Source: Vitrella brassicaformis CCMP3155 (Eukaryota; Protista; Chromerida). From it: 64,000 bases of DNA. The stretch covers positions 124,001 to 188,000 of the forward strand of contig CDMY01000908.1 in the NCBI GenBank assembly GCA_001179505.1, in the 5' to 3' direction. This document shows, in pieces, positions 51,524 to 64,000 of the stretch; positions within the stretch are counted from its first letter, which is position 1; every line of letters begins with the position of its first letter. The position numbers were made by a program, and so were the translations under genes. The notes beneath the pieces are model-generated. The model was not told the origin of the DNA and did no database searches. It was given only the letters and a program-made list of their open reading frames with translations.

Positions 51524-54256
51524 ATGTGCAAGCAGTTGAGCCCCCGGGCCATGGCGCCCACTGTGCAGGCGCCCAGCGCATCCAAGGGCTCCCAGAACAG
51601 CACAGCAGCGACGCCCAAGCGTGGAGTGAGCAAACTCTTTTGGCCGCTCTCAAGCACTGGGATGATGGTGCTTGGGATAGCCTTGCTGCCGGTAGTGCCT
51701 GTTGTGGCGTTCGGGGTGATCTATCTCATCGCATTCCCTGCCATCATGTTTTCGTTCGATGGTCAGCCAGCTGAGAATCAGCGCACAACGCACAGCACAC
51801 ACATGCATTGTCGTGTGCGGCATGGTGGTCTTGTCTTTCTCAGTGGGGACGCGCAACAACGTGTTGACGCGCTTCGTGATGCGTGTCAAGACGCTCCTTA
51901 TGGTTGGCTGGATTGCGTCGACATTTCCCATCATCGCGCCCTGTGTGGTGGCGTACACGCTCGTCAAGGGAGGGTCGCTGGGTTCCTTCACCGGGCCCAT
52001 CACTGAGGCGCTGTGGATGTGGGCGTTCGGCACACAGAGAAAGCGCAAGCACAAGAGGCTGGCCCTGCTCACCGGTGGGTGGGCGGGCGGTGGGCGGACA
52101 GCCACATGCGTGTAAGCAATCGTGTGTGTCACGTGTGTGTGGGTGCAGGTGGCAAGATGACCAAGACGTTGCAGGTAGCACGGTGTCTGCATCGGCAGGG
52201 CTGCGATGTCATCGTCATCGCTAACCACAACTACTGGGCGGTCAGTCAGCCACATAAGACTCGGACAGACGGACGGACGAGCGGACTCTTTGGCGTGCGC
52301 TGATCGATGTGGTGCAGGCGGCGATTCAGTTCAGTGGGTGTGTGTACGGCTATTACACCACACCGATGGCCGAGACGGATCCTCACGGTATGGACTGCCA
52401 CGGACGGATGGATGGGTAAATGCACTCACTCGTGTCACTTGTGACCTGAACCCACATATCCAGGTTATGTGGACAAGATCATCTCCATCATTGTCCAGGA
52501 GAAGGTGACTTCGCGCGCCGGGACGAGCGTGTTGCACCGATTCATCCTCATCCTTGTCTGTGTGCCGTGCAGGTCGATCTGTACATCCCTGTGAGTGACG
52601 TCAAGACCAGTGTGGAGGACTCGATGGTCCGCGACAGACTGCCCCCATTCTGCCGACCCTGGTGCTTCGACCCGCCACTCACGCGCAAGCTTGACGACAA
52701 AGTCCAGGTGCACAGACACACATGAACGTTCTTGTGTCTTGAGATGCGGATATGTGCGTGTTGTGTGGTGTGCTTGTGCTGTGTGTGTTGGTGTACTGTA
52801 TGTCAGTTTACGGATTTGTGTGACGAGATGGGACTGCAGGTGCCGGTGGCCTATCGCATCACGTCCAGGAGCCAGCTGCACGAACTCAACAAAATGGACC
52901 TCAAGGTACACACGCGCGCACCGAAACACCTCACACATGGACGGATGGATGGATGGATGGTCTTTGGCTGATTCATGGGTCTGTTCGTGCAGGACGACCG
53001 ATATGTACTCAAGCACGTCGAGTGAGTCTCACAGACACATGACACAACACAACACCAGTGCGCCGATGCACACACGCATCTGTCTGTCTGCTGTCTGGTG
53101 CAGGTACGACCCCATGCGCAGATACGACATGTTCACCCTCCCATGCACACCTCAAGAGTAAGCAGACACCTCGCCACGACAACCACACACACACACACAC
53201 ACACATATGCACACACACACATGGATGGATGTAACGCATGCAGGCTGGACAACTATCTGGACACTCGTGACATCCACCCGTCCCCGAGCGACCCCTGGCA
53301 GGCACAGCAGTGGATCACCGGCACCGAGTACTGCACATGGTCCGTCATACAGGCCGGCAAGGTTCTCCTCCACACCTGCCACCTCTCATCGCCCGCACAA
53401 CTCAACTACAAGTACGACGACGTCCCGGAGATCCTCGACTGGACAGAGAAATTCGCCGCGGCCCTCAACACGGCCGGTGGGTATGCATGTAGCCAGCCAT
53501 CCACCCATCCATCTGCTCTCCTCTTGTTTGTCAACAGGTCAGTTTTCCCTGGACGTGATAGTGCGTGAGAGCGACGGGGAGTGCTTCGTGATAGAGTGCA
53601 ACCCCCGGACGCACTCGGCGTGCGTCGCATTCCACGACCAGGCCGCTGCCGTCGGCGAGGTTTTTCTGCACGGTACGCTTGTTTGTGGGTGTGTAAGTTA
53701 CTGCGTCTGATGTGTGAATGCAATGCCTCCATGTCATGTGTGTGCGTATGGGTGCGGTGCATCGATCAGGCGCGTCTCACTGGACGAAGCCGGAGAACCA
53801 GGCCAAGCTGCCCATGCTGCCCAACAAAGACCACACGCACGTCTACTGGGTACATCAATCACACCAACCGCCCTTACACCCACACACGCAGATCAGATCC
53901 CCACTTACTTCGGCCGATGTATTGCATCGGTGTGTGCAGTTGTACCAGGAGGTCATGAAGCTGTGGAAGGTGCGGTCGTTCCAGCAGCTCGCCGACCGGG
54001 TGGCCTTCCTCTCCTCTGGCCGCGACGCCTGGTTCGAGGTGTCTGACCCGCTGCCATTCCTCGCCATCCTCTACTGGCAGATGCCATGGCGGCTGCTGCA
54101 GGTACGCACCCATGTGTGTGTATGTCAACAGGGGTGGGCACAGGTGTTGTGTGTTGTGGGATGTGTGTGTGGCTGTAGGGTCCGTTGCTGACGGGCAACA
54201 GCTGGAGCAAGCTGGAGTGGTGCATCGGCAAAGTGGTTGAGGTCGGCGGCGACTGA
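51524..54256 (+). CDS. mysC: MysC-type ATP-grasp ligase (mycosporine-glycine synthetase) with an extra hydrophobic N-terminus
   Basis: LLT|GGKMTKTLQVARCLHRQG...NYW...RFS; DLYIPVS; LDDKVQ|F; YVLKHVE|YDPMRRYD...LPC; PWQAQQWITGTEYCT; GQFSLD; IECNPRTHSA; DPLPFL...WQMP; terminal IGKVVEVGGD*. Colinear with cyanobacterial MysC (GGKMTKALQLAR...IGKLVELGGD). Start is 51524 or 51551. Confidence 0.9.
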
Positions 54257-55153
54257 TCGCGTGTGTTCGAACTGGAGTCAGTGAGGGCGTGAGGGAGTGC
54301 GGGAGAGATGGGTTGTGGTCGGTCCGTGAAGGGTTTTCCTCCCGAGTGACAGCACAGCACAGCATGTGTTGTGTGGATGAGTGTCGTGTATCACCCCACG
54401 CATGCATTGATTGCGTTCATGTGGATGGATGCAAATGTGCGTGTCTTGATGCTCGTGTGTGATGGATGCATAGATGGATGGATGGATGGATGGCTAGCTC
54501 CCGAAGGGACATGCGCCACGCACCCCCTGCATCATGGCCGTATACACGTGGAAAGGGAGTAGCCGAAAACAGACAAACGTGAGTCTGTCTCCTACTCTGT
54601 CTGTCTGGTGCCGCATGGATGGATGCCCCCCCCTCTCTCTCTCTCTCTGTGTGTGTGTGTGCCTGTCCCTACCTGTGTCCTTGTCTGTCTGTCTGTCTGT
54701 CTGCCTGCCTTTCTCCTCCATTTCTGAGTGAGTCTCTGTCTGTCGATAGCAAACATGGATCCATCCATGGATGACGGCTCACTATCTATTTGTGTGCTGA
54801 CGCGTGTCGATACGCATTGCATGCAACACGACAGGACAGACAGCCCAGCTCTCTTCTTATAGTGAGAAGAGGCACACACATACATACATACACTCTCCTC
54901 AGCGAGCAGCCAAGCCACCTCGCGCAGTTTTTCGCCATCCCTGTCTGCCTGTCCGTCTGTCTGTGGGTATGTGTGTGCGACGTGTCTGGAGGCGGGCCGT
55001 CACTTTTGTCCTTTTGTCGTGCGTTTGCTGCGTGGGCACGTTTGTCATGCATGAAAGAGAGGGCTCCAGTGTGCAGCCAGCCGGCACCCGTGAGTGTGGT
55101 GTGCGGGGGGATACCTGGGGCTTCGCGTACGTCTGTCTTTCTCCGCATGGGAC

Positions 55154-55266
55154 GATGCGGAGGGAGTGACGTGTGCTGTGGCCAAGGTGTCCACCACACC
55201 GCACACACACAAGGATACTGTACGTGGCATGAGCCTCCCTGGATGCGGGGGGGTTGTTCAGTCCGT
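55154..55266 (-). repeat. Right copy of the ~120-bp inverted repeat (partner 49464-49586)
   Basis: gatgcggagggag...gtgtgctgtggccaaggtgtccaccacacc...ggatactgtacgtggcatgagcctccctggatgcg...gttgttcagtccg. Confidence 0.85.
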
Positions 55267-55632
55267 CCCTCACCGTGGAGGGAGAGTGTCGCATGTCCGT
55301 AGTGGAGAGACATTTCCAGCGATGATTTCGTAATGTCGTCATAACTCCCACACAGTGACACCAGCAACCTACTCACGATACCGAGACAGCGACAAACAAA
55401 CGACCAGTGCACGCACAGACGAATAAAACCACGCAACACCCACTCGAGAGAGAGGGTGAGAGAGAGAGCCAGAGAGGCTTGTGGCTACTCACTCTCTCTC
55501 TCTCTCTCTCTGTTCTCTGCCTGTCAATTGGCGTATGAACAGGCAGCTACTCAGTTGGGTTTAAACCGACCACATGGCCCCAGCCCACTTGCCCCCCCGC
55601 CATCTGTCCATCCATCCATCCCATCCACCTGT

Positions 55633-57741
55633 CTAAATGAGACCCTGTGTGCTGAGCATCATCTCTATTTCCGACACTCTCTCGCCGTCGGCCAGCGTCA
55701 GCATGCGGCCGTCAGACTGGGCGTGGTGCTCGGGCGGCGGGTGTGCCAGCGACTCCCGCATGCTCTGAGTGACATACATACCCGTTCGGCACTCACTGAG
55801 TGATTCACACGTCTGTCTGTGTCCGTCTCTGTGAGTGTGCATACCTTCAGGTACGGCCAATATCGCGGATTCAGCACTTGCACCTCCTCTCTCGCCGCCT
55901 GGACCTGCGCGTCGGTCACGCCGAGAGCTCCTGCGAGGGTCCAGCCGCCCATCGTGTTGGCGGCCATGTCAGCACTGAAGTCGAGCAGGTGCTTCCTGAA
56001 GATGTCTGTGTACTCGAGGGCCTTCTCCAGCAGACGCTCCTTGACCGTCGAAAACGAGAGATGAGACTGACACACAGGCAGGCAGGCAGGCAGACAGCGC
56101 ACATGAGCCAGCTGGACAGGGGATTGATTCGTCATGCACCTTTGTGGCCGCCCGCTGGCAAAGCTTGTTCACGTACTCCTGGAAGTGGTGCTGCTGCATG
56201 AAATGCACGATGTTGCCCTTCCTGCCAGGTATGCAACACACACACACACACACAGATATACACACAGATACAAACAGATACACGCGCAGAATGTCAGCAG
56301 TGAGCACCGGCATCCTTACAAGTGGTTCCGTTTGAGGAACTGCTCCGACTTGCTCAAATGCACATTCCCCGTCAGCCCCACTTGCTCAGTGACGTCCTCG
56401 CCGAAAAGGCGCATACATGAATGGACGACGGCGTCCGTGCAGATGGTCGGCATGTCAGGCAAGAAATAAAAGACGAACGTCTTGCCTCCAATCGTGACGG
56501 TCGCGGTCTTGTCGGCCCAGAAGAGCATGTCCAGTGGGCTGCGGACCTCGATGAGAGGGTCCAAGATCGGCAAGTGGCGGGTCTTCTCAAAGTAGCTGAG
56601 AATGAGGTCCTCGATCGCCCTCGACGCAGCGCGGACCAGACGGGCCAGCATCGACCGGAGCGAGTCAGGATGCAGCTCCGAGAATGGGGTAGTGTCCAGC
56701 GACAGGCGGGCGAACCGGAAGGTCGGATAGTCTATCGAATCGTGGAGGGCGCCGCTCCTGCAGGCGTCTTCCTTGAGTGAATAGACTCTCGCGCCCTTCA
56801 CAGCACTTGTTGCCTGGCTGTCACGCTCCCCACGCTTCACGTAGCTCAGTAAGCCGATATTGACGTGGCGGAATCGCGTCAAAACCAGGCCCATCGAGAC
56901 CTTGGTCAGGGGACGACTTGCCAGCTCGCTGATGATCTGGTCCTCCTTGCGCCGCTGCAGCTCGTAGAACTCATCCTCGGACATCATCCCGTACACGTAC
57001 TTGACCGGGGCTTCGTTGTCGTACCGAAAGGCTCCCACATTCGACAGCGTCTTGGCGTCCTTACACACATTCTTGTGTGCCGCCCTCCAGTGGTTCCGCT
57101 GACACTCGAGCGAGCAGTAGCTGACGAGCCGGCATTCGCCGCACGTGGAGAGTGATGGCACTGCAGGCGGCCCCTTCCCACACATGGCGCAGCGCCGTTC
57201 TGTCGGGTAGGCCGCTCTGTCGTCAGAGAGGCGCACCTTGTAGCCACGCATCTCTGACGGCAGCACAGCGGAAAAAGAGCCAATCAGGGCCTGCGTGCAT
57301 GCCCTTCCCGCCCTGTCTGCGCGGTGCGCACCAACCCACCTGCAGCGGTGAAGGGCACGTCAGATGCTCCTGTCACGCGAGGACTGGCCGCAGTCGAACT
57401 GGCGGCCGTCGAGTCGGGCTGACTGGCCTCCCTTTGCTGGCTCGCGGGCACCATGTGACCACGCATCTCTGACACACACCAAGGACACACTTAATGTCTG
57501 TTTTGTGGTCTCGTCTGCGTTTCCACCCCACCCACGGTGACCCACCTGCAGAGGCAGAGGGGAAGGGCACGTCAGATGATGCCGTCACGCGCTGCTGTTG
57601 CTGCTGCTTCTTCTGCTTCTGCTTGTCGAGAGCCATCGCGGCCATCGCTCTGCTGGCAGCCGAAGGTCCTCCATCGTCGGATGAGTCGCTCGTCGAGTCA
57701 AGCTTGTCCCAGCGGCCGTAGTCGATGGGCTTCCCGGACAT
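55633..57741 (-). CDS. MYND-type zinc finger protein
   Basis: MSGKPIDYGRWDKLD...; CAMCGK...CGECRLVSYCSLECQRNHWRAAHKNVC (zf-MYND); spliced continuation KGNIVHFMQQ...|ERLLEKAL...|SMRESL...GLI* (stop ends 55633). Confidence 0.85.
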
Positions 57742-58278
57742 TTTGCAGGAGTACAGCAGACAGCGGAGGGAGATCTCGGCGTGGCGCCACAAGGAATGCA
57801 GGGAGCTGGCGGCAGGAACGCAGAAAGACGAAAGTCGACAGGTCAACGCTTCCTGGTCGGAAAAGCAGCCAACACCGAGCCGAGGGCCTCCCTTCTGCGA
57901 TTCTTCAAAGCCTGACATGAACACACACGCAACACACACACGTGCACAACGAGAATGTGTAACTCATCATCTTTTTCTCTTTCTCATTGGTTCATCTGTG
58001 GTCTGTGGGAGTTGCTCACCTCTTTTCTCTGCTGTGGCGATGATTCAAAGCCAGATCGGAAGCCAGTACACCTGCTAGCAGGATAGGGCGCGCGAAACCA
58101 TCGCCAGCAGTCCCGTCCCCTCTCCATTTTCTTCGCTTTTCGGCCTCCCCCTGTCGTGTTTGTGAGCCTTTTCGCTCCCCCATCCTTCGCTCGTCCGCTT
58201 CCGCTCGTCCGCTTCCGCTCGTCCCTCGCCCAGTCCCTCACCCCGACACACTCGGTCTCCCCTCACACTCACACAGAC

Positions 58279-60268
<1,990 letters not shown>

Positions 60269-61759
60269 ACAGAGGGAGAGGGAGATAGACGCATCGACAG
60301 ACAGATGCAAACGGAGAGAGAGCGGGAAAGGGAGGGGAAGGGGAAGGGGGAACACACACTCTTATACACACACACTACGTAAACGTATACGTACACATGG
60401 CATACGTGAGCGTCCGTCAGTCGATCGATCGTCACTGACCTCTGTCTGCCTCTTTTTCTCCACCTTTTTGATCACCCTGCCGCCCTCCCTTCCTGCCTGC
60501 CTGCCTGTCCGCCTGCCTGTGTGTCTCTGTTGGTCGTCCTGTAAGAACACACCCACGCTCGTATGTCTCAACGCGACCACACAGCACACAGGCAGACCGA
60601 CTCAGACATGCAGCAGCAGCAGCAGCAGGAAGAATACCTCAATTTTCGACTTGGTAGCGCAGAGAGAGATATGATAATGCTTGCGAGGTGACTGCCTGCC
60701 CGACCAGTTTTGTCTTTTTTCTCCCCTAGATCAACCGATGGACGACAGAGTGGCTGCCTGCATGTGTGGCGTGCGCGTGGCTGATTTGGAGTTTGCTTTG
60801 CCGACCGACATATAGATGTGTGTGTGAGTGTCAGTCAATCAAGTCAGGGAGAGACATAGCCTGCTTGCCTGCATCGTTTTTGGGCGAGAATCTGCCCCTT
60901 TCACATGCGCCGAGAGTGTTTTGTTTGTTTGTGTGTGAGTGTGAGTGTGCCGAGCCGATGCAAATGAATGAACGCGTACATCCGAGTTTAATGAGCGTGA
61001 GTGAGTGGCTGAGTGAGCGAGTGAGCATTTCCTCCGTTTGTTTCTTCTCGAGACAGCCAGGTCAGTGAGACAGGTCAATGAGCAGCACAGACACACACAT
61101 GGACTACATCCTACTACCACTGAAAGCGCTCCTCTGCCATTCTTGTGCCTGGTGTCCATCAACCTGAGAGTCAGAGCGAGGGAGAGAGAGAGAGGGATGC
61201 GTGTGTGTCGTGGCCACCATCTGTCTGTCTGCCTGCCTGTCTGTCTGCCTTTTGTGTGTGGTGTGTTGCTGCATTGCATTTGTTTGCTAAGCCCGCTCGC
61301 ATGTAGTAGGTGGATGGACGCGCACTTACTTAGCAGGTAGGTAGGAAGATCTCATCATCCCATGCATCTTGAGTGGCTGGCTGAGTGAGTGGAGTGCACT
61401 TGTCCCACCCAACCGACCGGTCCACGTGCGTTCGTTTCAGGTTGTTTGAATCATGCATGGACGCGATGCGTACATGGCATGGCTACCTAGATGGATGGAT
61501 CGATGGAGGCGACCATATCACATCAACAGCAGTGAGGGATGGCAGGACAGGTCAACTGTGGGGTGTAGCGCCGACCACTCAGCTCGAGTAGCAATGAGTA
61601 TTCACTTCCACACAGACATGGCGACCTGACTTCTGACGACTCAGTTCACTTCGTCCAATTTGACATACGTGTTCCACATATATATAGACATACTCATGCT
61701 CTCCCTCTCTATGCCACAGACACACAGACACATGCATACACAACACCAGCTAACCACAC

Positions 61760-62900
61760 TCACCCCTCCACTGCCTCTCTCGCTTCTCTCGACGTGCTTG
61801 ACGACAGGTCAAACAGGAAGTCATGCACATACCTCTCAGCCCACTCATGGCCAAAGAAGGCCGCCAGCACCGGCTGGACCGGGTCTCGTACCGCTGAGTA
61901 CTCATCGTACCCCCGCTGCATGGCCTCGTTCCGCTCCACAACCGACGTGCTCGAGCACGGTCTCAGAGAGCCAACCATGTCCAAGTAGGTGGAAAGGTAT
62001 TCACAGAAGGCAGGAAAGAGCAAAGCAGCCACGTGGCTGGCATCCTCAAAGCGGCCGTACAGCATGCTCGAGGAGAAGTACCGCTTCTCGTCATAGTGCC
62101 TTGCCGACATCCGCCCGGTCAGGCCCACATAGTTGCGATCACGGCTTCGTCGTAGACGCTCAAAGAATGATCGGTAGGCGGGTGCGCTCTCCGTGTCTTG
62201 AGGGGGAGAGGTAAGCGGCTGTGCGTCGATCACTTGCAGGTACTTGCTGTCGGACAGCTTGATCAGGTCGACGCCCAGCAAGGGGGGAGGGATGTCCGCC
62301 CCCAAACTAAAGGAAGGGTACCAGAGTGAGTTAAAGACCTCAAATCCCTTAGCACCACTGTCTGCACCGACACAGGTGCCACACACGGATGAGTCGCGCC
62401 ATGGACGAGTGTGTGGATCGGCGTAGGTCTTTAACACTATGCTGACCGAAATACGTCATCCTGATCTTCCGAAACTGCTTGGAGCTAAAGCAAGCGCTCG
62501 AGATGCGTACATGCGGCCGCCTCGTACCGCTCTCCCCATCGTCCTCCACCACCGTCTTGTCACTCTCCCTCTGCGCCAGCTCCGGCGGCAACGGGACGCC
62601 AGTGAGGCCCTCAAGTGCAGACATCTTCTGCAGCTGCACGGCCACGAATGCATCATACAAGAGCGGGCCGGACGAAGGCACCAGGGGCTCCAGTGGGAAG
62701 TGGGGCAATGGGACAGAGGAGGGAGTGGTTGAGAGAAAGGGTGCTACCATGGGGGCTCCGGACGGTGTCGCCGCTGCCTGTGCGGATGGGTGTCTGCGAG
62801 GGCAGGGGGAGGCCAAGGGGTGGGAGGGGGTGAAGGCTGACACATGGACGATAAGCACAGCTGAAAAGACGATGAGCTGCAGCACCGCGGCCAGCATCAT
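61760..62900 (-). CDS. pebA: Ferredoxin-dependent bilin reductase, PebA-like, with a bipartite plastid-targeting presequence
   Basis: One intron (62362-62446) joins FRKIRMTYF|DSGAKGFEVFNSLWYP. Further motifs: LLGVDLI, VIDAQPL, RHYDEKRYFSSSMLYGRF, LFPAFCEYL, QRGYDEYSAVRDP, FGHEWAERYVHDFLF. The N-terminus is a signal peptide ending VHVSA|F followed by an S/P/A-rich transit peptide. Confidence 0.82.
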
Positions 62901-63060
62901 GGTCAGCCGATGAACATTAGGAGGGCAGGCTCTTCGCTATGCCAGAAGGCCGAAAGACACCCGGCACCTCAAGGATCTGGCCCGTGATCTGTACGGCGAA
63001 ACCTCAATCAGTCATCTTACCTGGAGAAAAGACAGCACAGCAGAAGGACGACAGATCTTT

Positions 63061-64000
63061 GTGAGCAGTGCTGAAGAAACGATTCTTGTCTTCTCATCCT
63101 TCCCACCAAGGGGCCCATACGGTGGATCTAAGGCCGTGCGTGTGAAAGCTGATCTTGATCTTGACGCATTGCTGGCAGATAGAGATGCGGCCACAGCTGG
63201 CGATGAATGGGCGGACGGGTATCTCTGTGGTCTGCACGCCTCGTTCCCCGCCAGCTCGCCAACTGCGAGCTTAGCCTGGGGAGATCTGCGAATGAAGCTG
63301 GATCCAAAGCGATGCTGTCCAAGGCTGAGGAGCCGCCTTGTGCGTCCGAATCATGAGTCTGTTCTGTCACCCGTGACCACATCGAACACTCGAAGGATGC
63401 GGCTTCGTTCGCACCATGCAGCCATCGCCGGCCTGATTGGGTGCATGGGACTCAATGCATTCGGCCTCAGTGTGTCAGCAGCCGCCGCCAGTGAATCTGA
63501 GAAATCATCATCCTCTATTTCCCTCGCCGTTGCATTGCTTCTCATCCTGAAATGGAGCCGCAAGATGGTGGCCCTTGCACGGCAGACCGGGCGCTTGCTC
63601 TACAGAGGGGAGGGGCTCGACAACGGCATCGAGGCCATGCTTATCAACAAGGAGCCAGATCTGTTCGAGCCTGCCACTTATGGGAGGTGGGTGGATCTGA
63701 GTGATGGCAGCCACTCACGTATTTATCGTTCACTCATGTGTCGTGTGTGATTGGTTGGCTGCAGTGAGCGCGTCAGCCACTTCTTCAAGCAGATGGACAC
63801 TGTTCTCAGGCAAAGGGGAGGTCGGGCCCTGCCGTCCAACGGTAAGCAGATACAGTCCGCACAATCAACCAGGAGAGCTCAGAATACCTGCTTGCTCTGT
63901 GTGTGTGTGTGTGTGTTTGGGCGTGTGTGTGCGTGTCTGATGCAGGCCACATTGCGGTTGCCGACGCTGCAATTGCCGCGCAGTGGGGCGAGGCTGCATC
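63061..64000 (+). CDS. Hypothetical protein, 3'-partial, divergent from the bilin reductase
   Basis: 229-codon ORF followed by spliced exons (...PDLFEPATYG|ERVSHFFKQMDTVLRQRGGRALPSN|GHIAVADAAIAAQWGEAA) running off the window. Start uncertain. Confidence 0.55.

Overview
Gene-dense, intron-rich eukaryotic nuclear DNA: GC-rich, with short GT-AG introns full of (CA)n/(GT)n/(GACA)n/(GGAT)n, and five 300-N scaffold gaps. The style and lineage-specific families strongly suggest a chromerid alveolate such as Vitrella brassicaformis (inference). Genes I could reconstruct by hand-splicing, left to right: a partial hypothetical gene; a PHTF-like/7TM ion-channel (insect chemoreceptor superfamily) gene with an in-frame TAA; degenerate OTU deubiquitinase copies around gaps, probably an unresolved haplotype bubble; a partial ankyrin-like gene; a stand-alone SAM-domain gene; two paralogs, in a segmental duplication flanking CTP synthase, that fuse a CENP-B/pogo-type DNA-binding domain to tandem TLDc domains; an IRG/IIGP-like GTPase; two lineage-specific family genes; an inverted telomeric-repeat palindrome; Mpv17/PMP22; a Cdc25-BRCT fusion; an AKAP28/EF-hand protein; a divergent pair (EEF1AKMT4-like methyltransferase and the mycosporine ligase MysC) bracketed by inverted repeats; a MYND-finger gene; cytosolic GAPDH; a plastid-targeted PebA-like bilin reductase; and a partial hypothetical gene. 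All family calls come from motif recognition by eye, with no database search. No rRNA, tRNA or CRISPR array was seen.
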